Part shown: positions 19,506 through 29,596 of the stretch, in pieces
Position numbering within the stretch: the stretch's first letter is position 1
Layout: each line of letters begins with the position of its first letter
Assembly: GCA_048499955.1 (NCBI GenBank)
Contig: JASNYX010000001.1
Coordinates: 66,452 to 130,451 of the forward strand
From: Patescibacteria group bacterium
Lineage (GTDB): Bacteria; Patescibacteriota; WWE3; 2-01-FULL-39-13
DNA length: 64,000 nt
Direction of reading: 5' to 3'
Position numbers and translations under genes: made by a program
Notes under the pieces: model-generated
Seen by the model: only the letters and a program-made list of their open reading frames with translations
Databases searched by the model: none
What the model was told of the DNA's origin: nothing

Positions 19506-21320
19506 CACATGAATCCCAGTAATATAAGAAATTTTTGCATAATAGCTCATGTTGATCATGGAAAGTCTACTTTGGCTGACCGTATGATGGAGATAAGTGG
19601 CATCGTATCCACCCACAGGCATGAAGCACAACTTCTGGATGACATGGAACTCGAAAAAGAACGCGGAATTACAATAAAACTGAAGGCAATCCGGTTGCCT
19701 TACACATATAACGAAGTTGAATATGAACTAAATCTTATAGATACTCCCGGTCATGTTGATTTCGGATATGAAGTTTCAAGATCATTGGCGGCGTGTGAAA
19801 TTGCCGTTCTTTTGGTGGATGCAACTCAGGGAGTTCAAGCACAAACTATTGCGAATTTTGAAAAAGCAAAACAGGAAAACTTAAGAGTTTTACCTGTCGT
19901 AAATAAAATAGACCTTCCTTCCGCACAGCTTGAAGCTACAGCGTTACAGCTTATCGATTTGGGTTTTAAAGAAGATGAAATATCCTATACCTCAGGGAAA
20001 ACAGGCAATGGCGTCAAAGACTTGATCGAAAAAATTATCACACTGGGGGTGGCTCCAACTCCTAATGTTTTGGAAGGGAAAGGCATCGTGTATGAAGGGA
20101 GCGTTTCGAAGGCTATGGTATTCGATTCTTTTTTCGATGATTATCGAGGAATAGTTGCTTTCATAAGAGTGTACGAAGGTACCTTTTCTGAAGGAGACAC
20201 CATTCGGTTGTCTGCGACAGGTTCTGAATCGAGAATTGTTCAGATTGGTTGTTTATCACCGGAAGAGAAGACTGTTAAGCAACTTACTGAAGGTGAGGTA
20301 GGGTTCATTGCTACAGGATTGAAAAATATTTCCGAAGTGAGAGTTGGAGATACTATGACCTTATCCGGCCAGTCTCCGTTACCTATTCCGGGATACCGTG
20401 AGCCTATGCCTGTAGTTTTCTTGAGTTTTTATCCGATTGATTCTTCTGACTATCTGGAACTTCGTGAAGCAATGGAACGCCTAAGTTTAAATGATGCGGC
20501 ATTTTCTTTTGAGCCCGAAAGCATTGGTTCTATTGGTAAAGGATTCAGATGTGGATTTCTAGGCTTGCTTCATGCTGATATTGTTAAAGAACGTGTCGAA
20601 AGGGAATTCGATGTTGGTATCATTACAACTTCACCGTCGGTTCGTTATGAGTTACTCACCACTTCAGATGTTTTGATAGATATAAAATCGCCATCAGAAT
20701 ATCCGGATCCGACTTCGATTAAGGAAGTTCGAGAACCTTGGACGTCTCTAGATATATACACTCGATCCGAACATATGAGCACTATCATGGATCTATGTAA
20801 GGCACGACGTGCGATATATATCAGAACAGATATTCTTGAGGCAGGTAGTATCAGAATTAGCTACGAAATTCCCTTAATTGAATTAATTATAGATTTCTTT
20901 GACAAGCTTAAGTCGATTTCTTCAGGATACGCTTCAATAGACTACAGCCTGATAGGTTACCGCACCACAGATGTAGCGAAAATGGACATACTTGTTGCCG
21001 GTGAGTTAGTTTCACCTTTGGCTCAGCTGGTACAGCGAGATGATGCCCATGATGAAGGTTTACGCATCGTAGGTAAATTAAAGGAACTGATTCCACAACA
21101 ACAGTTCAAGGTTTCTTTGCAAGCAGCTATCAACGGAAAAGTTGTAGCCCGGGAAGATATTTCTGCTACCAGAAAAGATATGATCGGTCACTTGTATGGT
21201 GGAGATGTAACTAGAAAAAAGAAGCTATTAGAGAAGCAAAAAAAAGGTAAAGCTCGTATGAAACGCTTCGGTAAGGTTGAGATCCCCCAGGATGTGTTTT
21301 GGAAAGTTATGGAAAGGTAA
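19506..21320 (+). CDS. lepA: Elongation factor 4 (LepA)
   Basis: IRNFCIIAHVDHGKSTL G1 motif, DTPGHVDF, NKIDL, and the LepA-specific C-terminal domain. The ORF track start at 19326 lies upstream of the conserved N-terminus. Confidence 0.9.
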   Translation, partial: HMNPSNIRNFCIIAHVDHGKSTLADRMMEISGIVSTHRHEAQLLDDMELEKERGITIKLKAIRLPYTYNEVEYELNLIDTPGHVDFGYEVSRSLAACEIAVLLVDATQGVQAQTIANFEKAKQENLRVLPVVNKIDLPSAQLEATALQLIDLGFKEDEISYTSGKTGNGVKDLIEKIITLGVAPTPNVLEGKGIVYEGSVSKAMVFDSFFDDYRGIVAFIRVYEGTFSEGDTIRLSATGSESRIVQIGCLSPEEKTVKQLTEGEVGFIATGLKNISEVRVGDTMTLSGQSPLPIPGYREPMPVVFLSFYPIDSSDYLELREAMERLSLNDAAFSFEPESIGSIGKGFRCGFLGLLHADIVKERVEREFDVGIITTSPSVRYELLTTSDVLIDIKSPSEYPDPTSIKEVREPWTSLDIYTRSEHMSTIMDLCKARRAIYIRTDILEAGSIRISYEIPLIELIIDFFDKLKSISSGYASIDYSLIGYRTTDVAKMDILVAGELVSPLAQLVQRDDAHDEGLRIVGKLKELIPQQQFKVSLQAAINGKVVAREDISATRKDMIGHLYGGDVTRKKKLLEKQKKGKARMKRFGKVEIPQDVFWKVMER

Positions 21321-21412
21321 GAGATCGGATTACGCGATCAGATACTTCTCGAAAACCTTTTGTTTATAGATTTCCAAAATTGTAGTTAGTACCTGATCGC
21401 TATCGGTTCCGA

Positions 21413-23173
21413 TTATTTTTCGTGTACGATCACAATCGGGTTTCTTCCGGTTTGTTTATAGAAGAAACGTTCAAGATCGTGTTCAAGGTTTCTCGCATTA
21501 ATCTTCTTTTTGATCTGCGTCTTTACGATGTCCTTAGTGGCCTTAATAAGTTCAGACGATGCTTTAGGGAAAATAAATCCCCTTGTGACAATATCCACTT
21601 CAGTTTTCCCCGGTATTATCACGATTATTCCGTCGTTAGCCATTTGAAGTCGATCTTCAATAACTGATGTCCCGACATCTCCGACTAGGGTTCCGTCAAC
21701 GTAGACCTCTTTCAGTTTGAGTTTTTCTCCGAGCCTTGCGTTACCGTTCTCGAAAATCACCGTTTGCCCGTCCAGAAGTTGTAATACGTTTTTATCGTCC
21801 CTATCGATATCCTTTATCATTTTGCTGTAGGCTCTCATGTGCTTGATATTTCCTCCGATAGGAATGAAAAATTTCGGGTTAACAATATTTACAAGCAAAG
21901 TAAGGTCGCCTTTAGCTCCGTGGCCGGATACGTGAAGGTTATCCTGTATTTGTGAGTAATAAACTTCTACGCCTTCGAGGAACAATTCATCGATCATGCT
22001 ATTAATGGCATTCAGTGAGCTAGGAATAGGATCTGCCGAAAAAACAACAAGAGGTTCTTTTTTAAAAGTTATACTTTTATGCTCTCCTCTGATAAGACGA
22101 TATAGGCTGGAATTTTCTTGCCCATAGCTACCGGTAATTATGTATGTAAGTTTATCCTGATGATGCCTATGTGCATCGTACTCGGAAACAAACATGTTTT
22201 CAGGTGCTTTAATGTAACCGTGTCTTATTGCGATTTCTACACTTGTGTTGATAGATCTTCCGCTTAAAACGATTTTTCTCCCATATTTAATAGAAGCATT
22301 GATTGCTTGTTGAATTCTGGATACGTTTGATGAAATCGTGGTTATAAAAATTTGTCGTCCTACATTTTTCGAAATAATGTCTTCAAAAATGGATTGGATA
22401 TATTTCTCTGATCTTGTGAAACCTTCACTTGTGGCTCCAAGACAGTCAGATAGAAGACAAAGAACTCCTTCTTTTGGTTCGCTTGCTAAGGTAGCTGCTT
22501 TTTGTATATCGAAAGTTTTTCCGATGTAAGGTGACCAGTCGAATTTGAAATCGGCACAGTGGAAAACTCGTCCTTGTGGTGTGTCGATGGCAAATCCTAA
22601 CGTATCCGGTATCGAGTGATTTACTTTAAACGGTGTTAATTTAAATACGCCCAATTGCAGATGATGATTTGGGTCAAATGCCTTTACTTTTATGTGTTTG
22701 AGATCTTTATGCTCAAGTAATGACTGCTCTATTAAATCTTTTACAAAAGGCACTGCGTACACATCAAACGGATATTCTTTCAATAGGTAGGGAAGTGAGC
22801 TTATATGGTCATTATGTCCATGTGAAATCACTACGCCTTTCACTCTTTCTCTTCGCTCGAGTATGTAAGTAAAGTCAGGAAGAATTACGTCTACTCCGGG
22901 TGTTTCTGAATCCGGAAATCCGATACCGCAGTCTATGACCATGATGTCGTTTCCTGATTCGTAAATATACATGTTTTTCTGTACCGTTGTGGTACCCCCA
23001 ATGGGGATTATTTTTAGAGGAGCGTTTCCGGTTCGCGGAAAGTCTCTTTGCTCTACGTTGTTTTGTGTCGGTTCACGCATTCTATTCGTAAACCTGTTAT
23101 TTCTGTTTTGTGGTTTCCGATCATTCCTGTTTGTTCTTGGATTTTGATCTGAAGCCGAGTTGTTTTCACTCAT
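21413..23173 (-). CDS. rnj: Ribonuclease J (metallo-beta-lactamase / beta-CASP)
   Basis: HGHNDHISSLPYLL (HxHxDH motif), with beta-CASP and C-terminal domains. Has a roughly 50-aa Arg/Asn-rich N-terminal extension. Confidence 0.85.
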   Translation of the reverse strand: MSENNSASDQNPRTNRNDRKPQNRNNRFTNRMREPTQNNVEQRDFPRTGNAPLKIIPIGGTTTVQKNMYIYESGNDIMVIDCGIGFPDSETPGVDVILPDFTYILERRERVKGVVISHGHNDHISSLPYLLKEYPFDVYAVPFVKDLIEQSLLEHKDLKHIKVKAFDPNHHLQLGVFKLTPFKVNHSIPDTLGFAIDTPQGRVFHCADFKFDWSPYIGKTFDIQKAATLASEPKEGVLCLLSDCLGATSEGFTRSEKYIQSIFEDIISKNVGRQIFITTISSNVSRIQQAINASIKYGRKIVLSGRSINTSVEIAIRHGYIKAPENMFVSEYDAHRHHQDKLTYIITGSYGQENSSLYRLIRGEHKSITFKKEPLVVFSADPIPSSLNAINSMIDELFLEGVEVYYSQIQDNLHVSGHGAKGDLTLLVNIVNPKFFIPIGGNIKHMRAYSKMIKDIDRDDKNVLQLLDGQTVIFENGNARLGEKLKLKEVYVDGTLVGDVGTSVIEDRLQMANDGIIVIIPGKTEVDIVTRGFIFPKASSELIKATKDIVKTQIKKKINARNLEHDLERFFYKQTGRNPIVIVHEK

Positions 23174-23336
23174 AATATAAATATTTGTTTGCCGTAAAGT
23201 TAACTAATTTAACTTTGCGGTAATTAACTTGTCTTGTGTATGAAAGAGATCCCGACAGTAAGGTTCAAAACGAAGCTCGAACTACTGCTAGATTCTCGCA
23301 TAGCACAAGCGAAGACTCTACTGGAGTCCTCGTTTA

Positions 23337-23993
23337 CTAAAAAAGTCCAAATTGTGCCGGATCGGCATTTTCACTACTGTTGTCAGTTGTTGTGGGATGT
23401 ACATTGCTTGAGGGGGATGGACTCTGTCTCAGCTCATTCAATAGATCCGGTATTTTCAAAAAATCGATAATCAAAGCATTTTTCATCTGTGAATTACGAA
23501 GCGCTGCTGCCGGGTGGTATACCGGATACATATTATACCATCCTGCCTTGGTGATCTGCCCGTGTGATTGTGAAATTTTTGCATTGGGCAGAAAATAATT
23601 CATAGAAAATCTACCTAATGTTACCACCAACGTCGGTCTTAAGATTTCGAGTTGTTGAGTTAAATACGGCTTGCAAGCAGAAATTTCTTCTTCAGTTGGA
23701 TCACGGTTATCGGGTGGTCTGTGCTTAATGATGTTCCCGATCCAGACATCTTTTCGGTCAAGTCTGATCTGATGCAGCAAGAAATCAAGCAATTTACCCG
23801 CACGCCCGACAAACGGCAATCCTTGTTGATCTTCATGAAAACCGGGTGCTTCTCCGATAAATACTATTTCTGAGTCCGGGTTTCCGTCTCCGGGAACTCC
23901 ATGTGTTGCTGTTTTATAAAGGGGACATTTTTGACAAGCTTTAACCTGATCTGCGATTAATGCTAATTTTTGTGCTTTTTCAGAAGATACCAT
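23337..23993 (-). CDS. Uracil-DNA glycosylase, family 4 (Fe-S type)
   Basis: CQKCPLYKTATHGVPGDGN...IVFIGEAPGFHEDQQGLPFVGRAG. Confidence 0.8.
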   Translation of the reverse strand: MVSSEKAQKLALIADQVKACQKCPLYKTATHGVPGDGNPDSEIVFIGEAPGFHEDQQGLPFVGRAGKLLDFLLHQIRLDRKDVWIGNIIKHRPPDNRDPTEEEISACKPYLTQQLEILRPTLVVTLGRFSMNYFLPNAKISQSHGQITKAGWYNMYPVYHPAAALRNSQMKNALIIDFLKIPDLLNELRQSPSPSSNVHPTTTDNSSENADPAQFGLF

Positions 23994-24121
23994 TCATAGC
24001 GATTCTAATTCCTGGTGGTAGATCTGTCTATTAGTGTAGTTCGTGGTTCTATTTTAGAAAATGCAACCTTCTGAAAGTAAACTTAGTTATATGACTAGTT
24101 TAACCTTCAGCAGGTTAGAGT

Positions 24122-24262
24122 TTATGGGCAAGTACAGAACAGGAGCCGTACGAATAGGCCTCCTGCCGTGATGCCCATGACAAGTGTGACAATCATCGCC
24201 AGAAGGGCGATGATCAGGAAAGATTTTAAAAAACATCCCTCTTGCTCAAGCCTGTTTTTCAT
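24122..24262 (-). CDS. Small hydrophobic membrane peptide of about 46 aa
   Basis: AGGAGG RBS 6 nt upstream of the ATG (MKNRLEQEG...), followed by one TM helix. The locus is locally GC-rich. Confidence 0.3.
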   Translation of the reverse strand: MKNRLEQEGCFLKSFLIIALLAMIVTLVMGITAGGLFVRLLFCTCP

Positions 24263-24416
24263 TTCTGCCTCCTGTAAATTTCCGGCGCATTGCCGGAATC
24301 TGAATTGCAACGGAATTATATCCTATAGCCACTAAGATATATACGGATGTAAACCTAACCCGGCTTGTTAATCCACTGGTTTAATGGATATGATATGACA
24401 AGTATTAAAAGCATTA

Positions 24417-25508
24417 ATGAAAATAAATAATTTACGATTAACAAACTTCAGAAACCATAAAAACTACGAGGTTGAGTTTTCTCCAAAATGTAATTTGATT
24501 GTTGGAGAAAACGGTGCGGGAAAAACCAACATACTTGAGTCAATTCACGTGTTGTCTTTAGGTAGGTCTCCCCGAGCTATTGTTGAGGCCGACTTGGTAA
24601 ACGTTTCCAGCCCATTCGCTCGTATCGTAGGAATGTTTGATATAGACAGTTCTCAAATTCCGCTTGAATTAGCGGTTCAGCGAAAACCGGATTCAACTCG
24701 GGTTACAAAATCGTACAAGGTCAATAATGTTAATAAAACAGGAGCCATATTCGCCGGAAACTCCAAATCCGTAATGTTTGCCCCCGAAGATATCCGCTTA
24801 GTGGCAGGGTCACCTTCAAGGCGTCGGGACTATGTCGATGCAATTCTTTCACAGTCGGTGAGTGACTACTCCAGGAAAGTGCACAAATATAGCCGGGTTC
24901 TCAAGCAACGAAACCATTTGTTGGAAACCCAGCATGATCATCTAGGGGTCTCCCCTTTTTCAGGAACTTTTCATGAACAACTTGAAGTATGGAATGAAAA
25001 CCTTTTAGAAACAGGAATGTACATCCAGTCTCAAAGAACTGCTTTCTTTGAGTATCTTTCTCGTAATATTGCAGCATTAAGTAGCGAGCTTTATAGTAAC
25101 AAGTTTAGTTTGCAAATCGACTATCACCCTTCGGTGCTAAATGAAGAAAAACTACGTCAAAACCTATCTAGAGATATTTTGACCGGTAATACCCATATCG
25201 GGCCCCACAGAGATGATTATTCATTTTTGTTAATAAATGGCGGAAGGTTAGATCTAAAAAATTTCGGATCTCGTGGCCAACAACGAACTGCTGTTTTTTG
25301 TCTGAAATATCTAGAGATAGGATTTATTGAAGAAACTTCAAAATCGAAACCTATTCTACTAATCGATGATATTTTTAGTGAACTGGATCAAAATTATCGT
25401 CGGGCTATTGAAAATTTAATTACAAAACAACAAACAATTATTACTTCTGCAGATATTAATGCGATTCCGGAGTCGATCAAAAATATTTCAAAGATTATCA
25501 GTTTGTAA
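24417..25508 (+). CDS. recF: DNA replication and repair protein RecF
   Basis: LRLTNFRNH...IVGENGAGKTNILESI Walker A, and a C-terminal signature region. Confidence 0.85.
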   Translation: MKINNLRLTNFRNHKNYEVEFSPKCNLIVGENGAGKTNILESIHVLSLGRSPRAIVEADLVNVSSPFARIVGMFDIDSSQIPLELAVQRKPDSTRVTKSYKVNNVNKTGAIFAGNSKSVMFAPEDIRLVAGSPSRRRDYVDAILSQSVSDYSRKVHKYSRVLKQRNHLLETQHDHLGVSPFSGTFHEQLEVWNENLLETGMYIQSQRTAFFEYLSRNIAALSSELYSNKFSLQIDYHPSVLNEEKLRQNLSRDILTGNTHIGPHRDDYSFLLINGGRLDLKNFGSRGQQRTAVFCLKYLEIGFIEETSKSKPILLIDDIFSELDQNYRRAIENLITKQQTIITSADINAIPESIKNISKIISL

Positions 25509-25531
25509 TTAAAAAGGGGTGACCCTATAAT

Positions 25532-27391
25532 ATGGGCATGAAATCAGCCGAAATTCGTAAAAGATTCATTGATTATTTCGTTAGCGTTGCTAAGTCTCAG
25601 AATTTAGCACATATTGAAGTTCCCTCTAGTCCGCTAATACCTGAAAATCACCCGACACTGCTTTTTACTAATTCTGGAATGGTGCAATTTACGCCGTACT
25701 TTTTAGGCCAAAAAGATCCCGTAGAAGATTTTGGTTCCAAACGACTGTGTTCCGTACAAAAATGTATTCGTACTGGTGATCTTGATATTGTCGGCAAGAG
25801 TAAATATCATCTGACATTTTTTGAAATGTTGGGAAGTTGGTCGGTTGGCGATTACGGGAAAAAAACTGCTGTTGAGTTAGCCTTCGATTTATTAACTAAT
25901 AGAGAATACGGTTTTGGTCTTGATCCGAAAAAGTTTTATCCTACGGTTTTTGAAGGCGATGCAGAAGTTCCTTTTGATCAGGAAACCTACGATGCTTGGG
26001 TTTCAGTAGGGATTCCGGAAGATCGAATTTCAAAATTGCCTGCTTCGGAAAACTGGTGGGCTCCCGGTCCGATTGGCCCTTGTGGCCCGTGTACGGAAGT
26101 TTTATATGACCGAGGCGAGGAGTTTGGTTCCGAAGAATCACGCCCGGGTTTAACCGATAATCCAAGATATCTTGAAATTTGGAATGCCGGAGTATTTATG
26201 CAGTACAACAGAGACAGCTCAGGGAAGCTTAATAAACTGGATGCGATGAGCGTAGATACCGGTGCAGGTCTTGAGCGTTTTGCCGTTTTGCTCCAGAAAG
26301 TGGATTCCGTGTATTACACAGATATTTTTGAACCTGTTATTAGAAAGCTAATAGATTTAAGTAAAAAATCCGATCTCGCTCGCGAATCGTACGAGAACGC
26401 ATCAACTGATGTTCATGAGCATGTTAAGTCATCATTGCAAAGAGTTTCAGATCATTTGAGGAACGCCACTTTTTTAATTGGTGAAGGGCTTTTTCCTTCG
26501 AATAAAGATCAGGGTTATGTTTTAAGGCGTTTAATTCGCAGATCATTTGATGATTGCGTTTGGAACATAGACATAGATTCTGACAGAATAATTGAAGTTA
26601 TTGATGTAATTATTGATCTCAATAAAGATAGGTATCCGGAGGTCAATGATGCACTGCGAATTAAGCAGGTAATCCAAGACGAAATTAACACATATAAAAA
26701 GATCGCCGATGAAACCAGAAATTTTTTGATAAAGAATTATATAAATAAAGGTTTGAATATTGTTGAAAATCCGTTCGATCTTTATCAGTCGTTAGGATCG
26801 TCAAAAGAACTTATCGAGAATTTAACAAAAGAGCAAAATTTGACAGCTGATTTCTCAAAGTTTGATGAACAGCTGCATGAACACCAGGAAAAATCCAAGG
26901 CGAATGTCGGCCAGAGGTTTAAAGGTGGACTGGGGGAAAACACAGAAGAAACGACAAAACTGCACACAGCGACACACTTATTGCATCAGGCATTAAGAGA
27001 TGTTCTAGGTTCTCATGTTAGACAAATGGGAAGCAATATCACTCCGGAAAGATTAAGATTCGATTTTTCGCATGAAGAAAAACTTACACAAGATCAGATT
27101 TCTAACGTCGAGGAAATTATTAATGAAAAAGTTATGCAGTCTTTGCCTGTAAATAAAGTTCAACTTTCTAAAGAGGAAGCCGAAAAAACAGGGGCACTTC
27201 ATTTTTTCAAAGAAAAATATGCAGACCAGGTAACCGTTTATTATATCGGAGATAGTTTGCAGTCGGCATGGTCCAAAGAATTTTGTGGCGGACCACATGT
27301 TTCCAATACTTCTGAAATCGGACATATAAAAATCGCAAAAGAGGAATCTGTTGGAAAAGGCGTGAGACGTATAAAAGCGGTTCTTGATTAA
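25532..27391 (+). CDS. alaS: Alanyl-tRNA synthetase, short form lacking the C-terminal C-Ala domain
   Basis: N-terminal catalytic motifs HPTLLFTNSGMVQF and WNAGVFMQYNRD. Editing-domain HTATHLLHQALR (HxxxH) and CGGPHV are present. It is 619 aa, whereas typical AlaRS is about 870 aa. Confidence 0.8.
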   Translation: MGMKSAEIRKRFIDYFVSVAKSQNLAHIEVPSSPLIPENHPTLLFTNSGMVQFTPYFLGQKDPVEDFGSKRLCSVQKCIRTGDLDIVGKSKYHLTFFEMLGSWSVGDYGKKTAVELAFDLLTNREYGFGLDPKKFYPTVFEGDAEVPFDQETYDAWVSVGIPEDRISKLPASENWWAPGPIGPCGPCTEVLYDRGEEFGSEESRPGLTDNPRYLEIWNAGVFMQYNRDSSGKLNKLDAMSVDTGAGLERFAVLLQKVDSVYYTDIFEPVIRKLIDLSKKSDLARESYENASTDVHEHVKSSLQRVSDHLRNATFLIGEGLFPSNKDQGYVLRRLIRRSFDDCVWNIDIDSDRIIEVIDVIIDLNKDRYPEVNDALRIKQVIQDEINTYKKIADETRNFLIKNYINKGLNIVENPFDLYQSLGSSKELIENLTKEQNLTADFSKFDEQLHEHQEKSKANVGQRFKGGLGENTEETTKLHTATHLLHQALRDVLGSHVRQMGSNITPERLRFDFSHEEKLTQDQISNVEEIINEKVMQSLPVNKVQLSKEEAEKTGALHFFKEKYADQVTVYYIGDSLQSAWSKEFCGGPHVSNTSEIGHIKIAKEESVGKGVRRIKAVLD

Positions 27392-27560
27392 ATCTCGAGA
27401 TAAATATACAGTTATCTCGCTTCAGTTTCTACTTTTGAAAATTAAGTAGAATATCGATTGTTATTGTAATGATAGAACCGTCAAACTTTTATAAATTCGG
27501 CTTGTGCTTATAGGCCTTTTAATGAAAGTTAATGGTGTGTTCTATGATAAAATCTAAAGA

Positions 27561-28727
27561 ATGCTGCCCAAATTTAAAAAAGAATCTGCGACTAACGATA
27601 ACGACATCCTCTTTCTAGATGTCACCCCTAAATCAGTAAAATCTCTGTATGCAGTCCCCGGTGAAAAGAAATTGATAATAAAAGGTGTTTCCTGTAACGA
27701 ACATAAACCCAATTCTGATGAAAATATATTGGAAAGTTCCCTCAATGAGGTTTTTCAACAAGCAGGGACTAAAACTACCAGAGCCGTAGTCGGGATTGGT
27801 GGCCCTGATGTATTCGGGTTTTTACTTATTATTAAAATAAAGCGAAAAACTCCTGAAAAACGGATTACAGAAAAGGAAATGGAGGATGTTTATTCAAAAA
27901 TCAAAGATATATCGCTTCAACAGGCACAGAATTACAGAAGCATGTTATTCGCAGATGATGCACCACTCGAAACACTTGATCTTGTTGCCACTGCCTTTTC
28001 AGTGGACGAGCAGGTTGTTGAAGATCCTGTAGATCAGACAGGTGCAGTTATTCAAGTTAGTGCATTTAGCTCATATGCCGATGCTGAATTTTATAACTCC
28101 TTACAAAAAGAACTTAAATCGATGGGTGTTAACCCAATTGCGGTGACAACGACCTTGTATTCACAGTCCAAATTATTATCTCAGGACTCAAAAAACTTTT
28201 TATTGATTGATATAGGAAAAAGCTACACCGATGTAGCCGTCGTTTTTGGAAAAAACATCGTGCAAACTCGAGCTTTTGAAATCGGCGGAGATTACTTTAC
28301 AAGTCATTTGATTGATAAGTTAGGACTCCCTCCGAAAGAAGCAAATGGACGAAAAGAGGCCTACTCTGAAGGTACCTTGCCACCTGAATCATCAGACACA
28401 GTAGGTGACCTTCTATATGAAGCAGGTAAGAGCTGGAGAACCGGACTTATCGGTGTTTTGGAATCTTTGACAGGAATCAAAAGTTTTCCCAAAAAAATCT
28501 ATATTACCGGGGGAACCGCAAACTTGAATGTTTTACAGGAGCTTTTATATGAAGATGGTTGGAAAGATTCTTTACCTTTTTCCGGGGAGTTGGAGATTAC
28601 TACTGCGGATTCCGATATTTTGGATAATTATATGGTAGATGATCTAAAGCTATTAAAGGATCCTCGAATGTTTGTTACCGCAAGTCTGATTTCAATTTAT
28701 AATGAACTAGAAAAGGAAAATGACTAA
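27561..28727 (+). CDS. Actin-like ATPase of the PilM/FtsA family
   Basis: N-terminal ILFLDVTPKSVKSL (phosphate-1-like), and LLIDIGKSYTDVAVV...FEIGGDYFT in the second ASKHA half. Confidence 0.5.
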   Translation: MLPKFKKESATNDNDILFLDVTPKSVKSLYAVPGEKKLIIKGVSCNEHKPNSDENILESSLNEVFQQAGTKTTRAVVGIGGPDVFGFLLIIKIKRKTPEKRITEKEMEDVYSKIKDISLQQAQNYRSMLFADDAPLETLDLVATAFSVDEQVVEDPVDQTGAVIQVSAFSSYADAEFYNSLQKELKSMGVNPIAVTTTLYSQSKLLSQDSKNFLLIDIGKSYTDVAVVFGKNIVQTRAFEIGGDYFTSHLIDKLGLPPKEANGRKEAYSEGTLPPESSDTVGDLLYEAGKSWRTGLIGVLESLTGIKSFPKKIYITGGTANLNVLQELLYEDGWKDSLPFSGELEITTADSDILDNYMVDDLKLLKDPRMFVTASLISIYNELEKEND

Positions 28728-29580
28728 ATACGAAATCGATCACAACTACGACTTATACAAATTAATAAATATCCTTAAAAAATCAGACGATGCGGATGTA
28801 TTGTTTTTCTTTGAGGAAAGTTCTCCTGTATACCGAAACTCTTCCAATTTAATGGCTCTCAAGAAAATTGCTTTCGAGAACGGAAAAAGCTTACTGTTGG
28901 ATGTGCAAAACCCTACCCATCGTGATTATATTCAGAGTGTTAATTCAGGAACCCTAGATTTTGGAGGGGAAATTGAACTTGGTGACGATTCGTTAAATAA
29001 CTCTCCTAGATTAAATTTACATAATCCTAATAAAAAAGCTTTCAAGATGCCGACTTTTGGGGTTGGTGCACTGCGGTCTTTAGATAATCCGTTGAAATAT
29101 TTTTCACTAGGTGGCGGATTAGTTAAATGGATTGTTATTGTATTAGTTCTGATGGCTTTTCTAGCATCGAGTGCTTATGGGTTTGTTTATTATGTTCCCA
29201 GTGCGAATGTAAAAGTGAAAGTTAACTCCGAGGTTCTAGTGAAAATTTTAGATGTTAAAGCCACTACCGATACTCAGGAAGTTTCAATCGATAACGCGAC
29301 GATTCCGGCCTTTAGCGTAAGTGTGATTGAAACCGATTCGCAAACTGTTCCCACCTCAGGTAAGAAAGATGTGGGTGAAAAAGCAACAGGATCAATAGTA
29401 TTAACAAACAAAACAGACAAAGATATTGAACTCAAAAAGGGCACAGTGTTTTCTTTGGATGAAAAAGATTCCACTTTGAAATTCCTAACAACTCAAGACG
29501 TAAAGATTTCAAAATATGAAGAAAGGTTACTCCAACTGAAGATGGTGAGGTTACGAAAAAGTTTCGGTAAAAAGAAGTAA
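28720..29580 (+). CDS. Membrane protein with a cytoplasmic N-domain, one TM segment and a beta-rich extracytoplasmic domain
   Basis: Overlaps the PilM/FtsA-like stop by 8 nt. A single TM segment lies near residue 140. Confidence 0.35.
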   Translation: MTKYEIDHNYDLYKLINILKKSDDADVLFFFEESSPVYRNSSNLMALKKIAFENGKSLLLDVQNPTHRDYIQSVNSGTLDFGGEIELGDDSLNNSPRLNLHNPNKKAFKMPTFGVGALRSLDNPLKYFSLGGGLVKWIVIVLVLMAFLASSAYGFVYYVPSANVKVKVNSEVLVKILDVKATTDTQEVSIDNATIPAFSVSVIETDSQTVPTSGKKDVGEKATGSIVLTNKTDKDIELKKGTVFSLDEKDSTLKFLTTQDVKISKYEERLLQLKMVRLRKSFGKKK

Positions 29581-29596
29581 AGTCAAACTGAAACCT

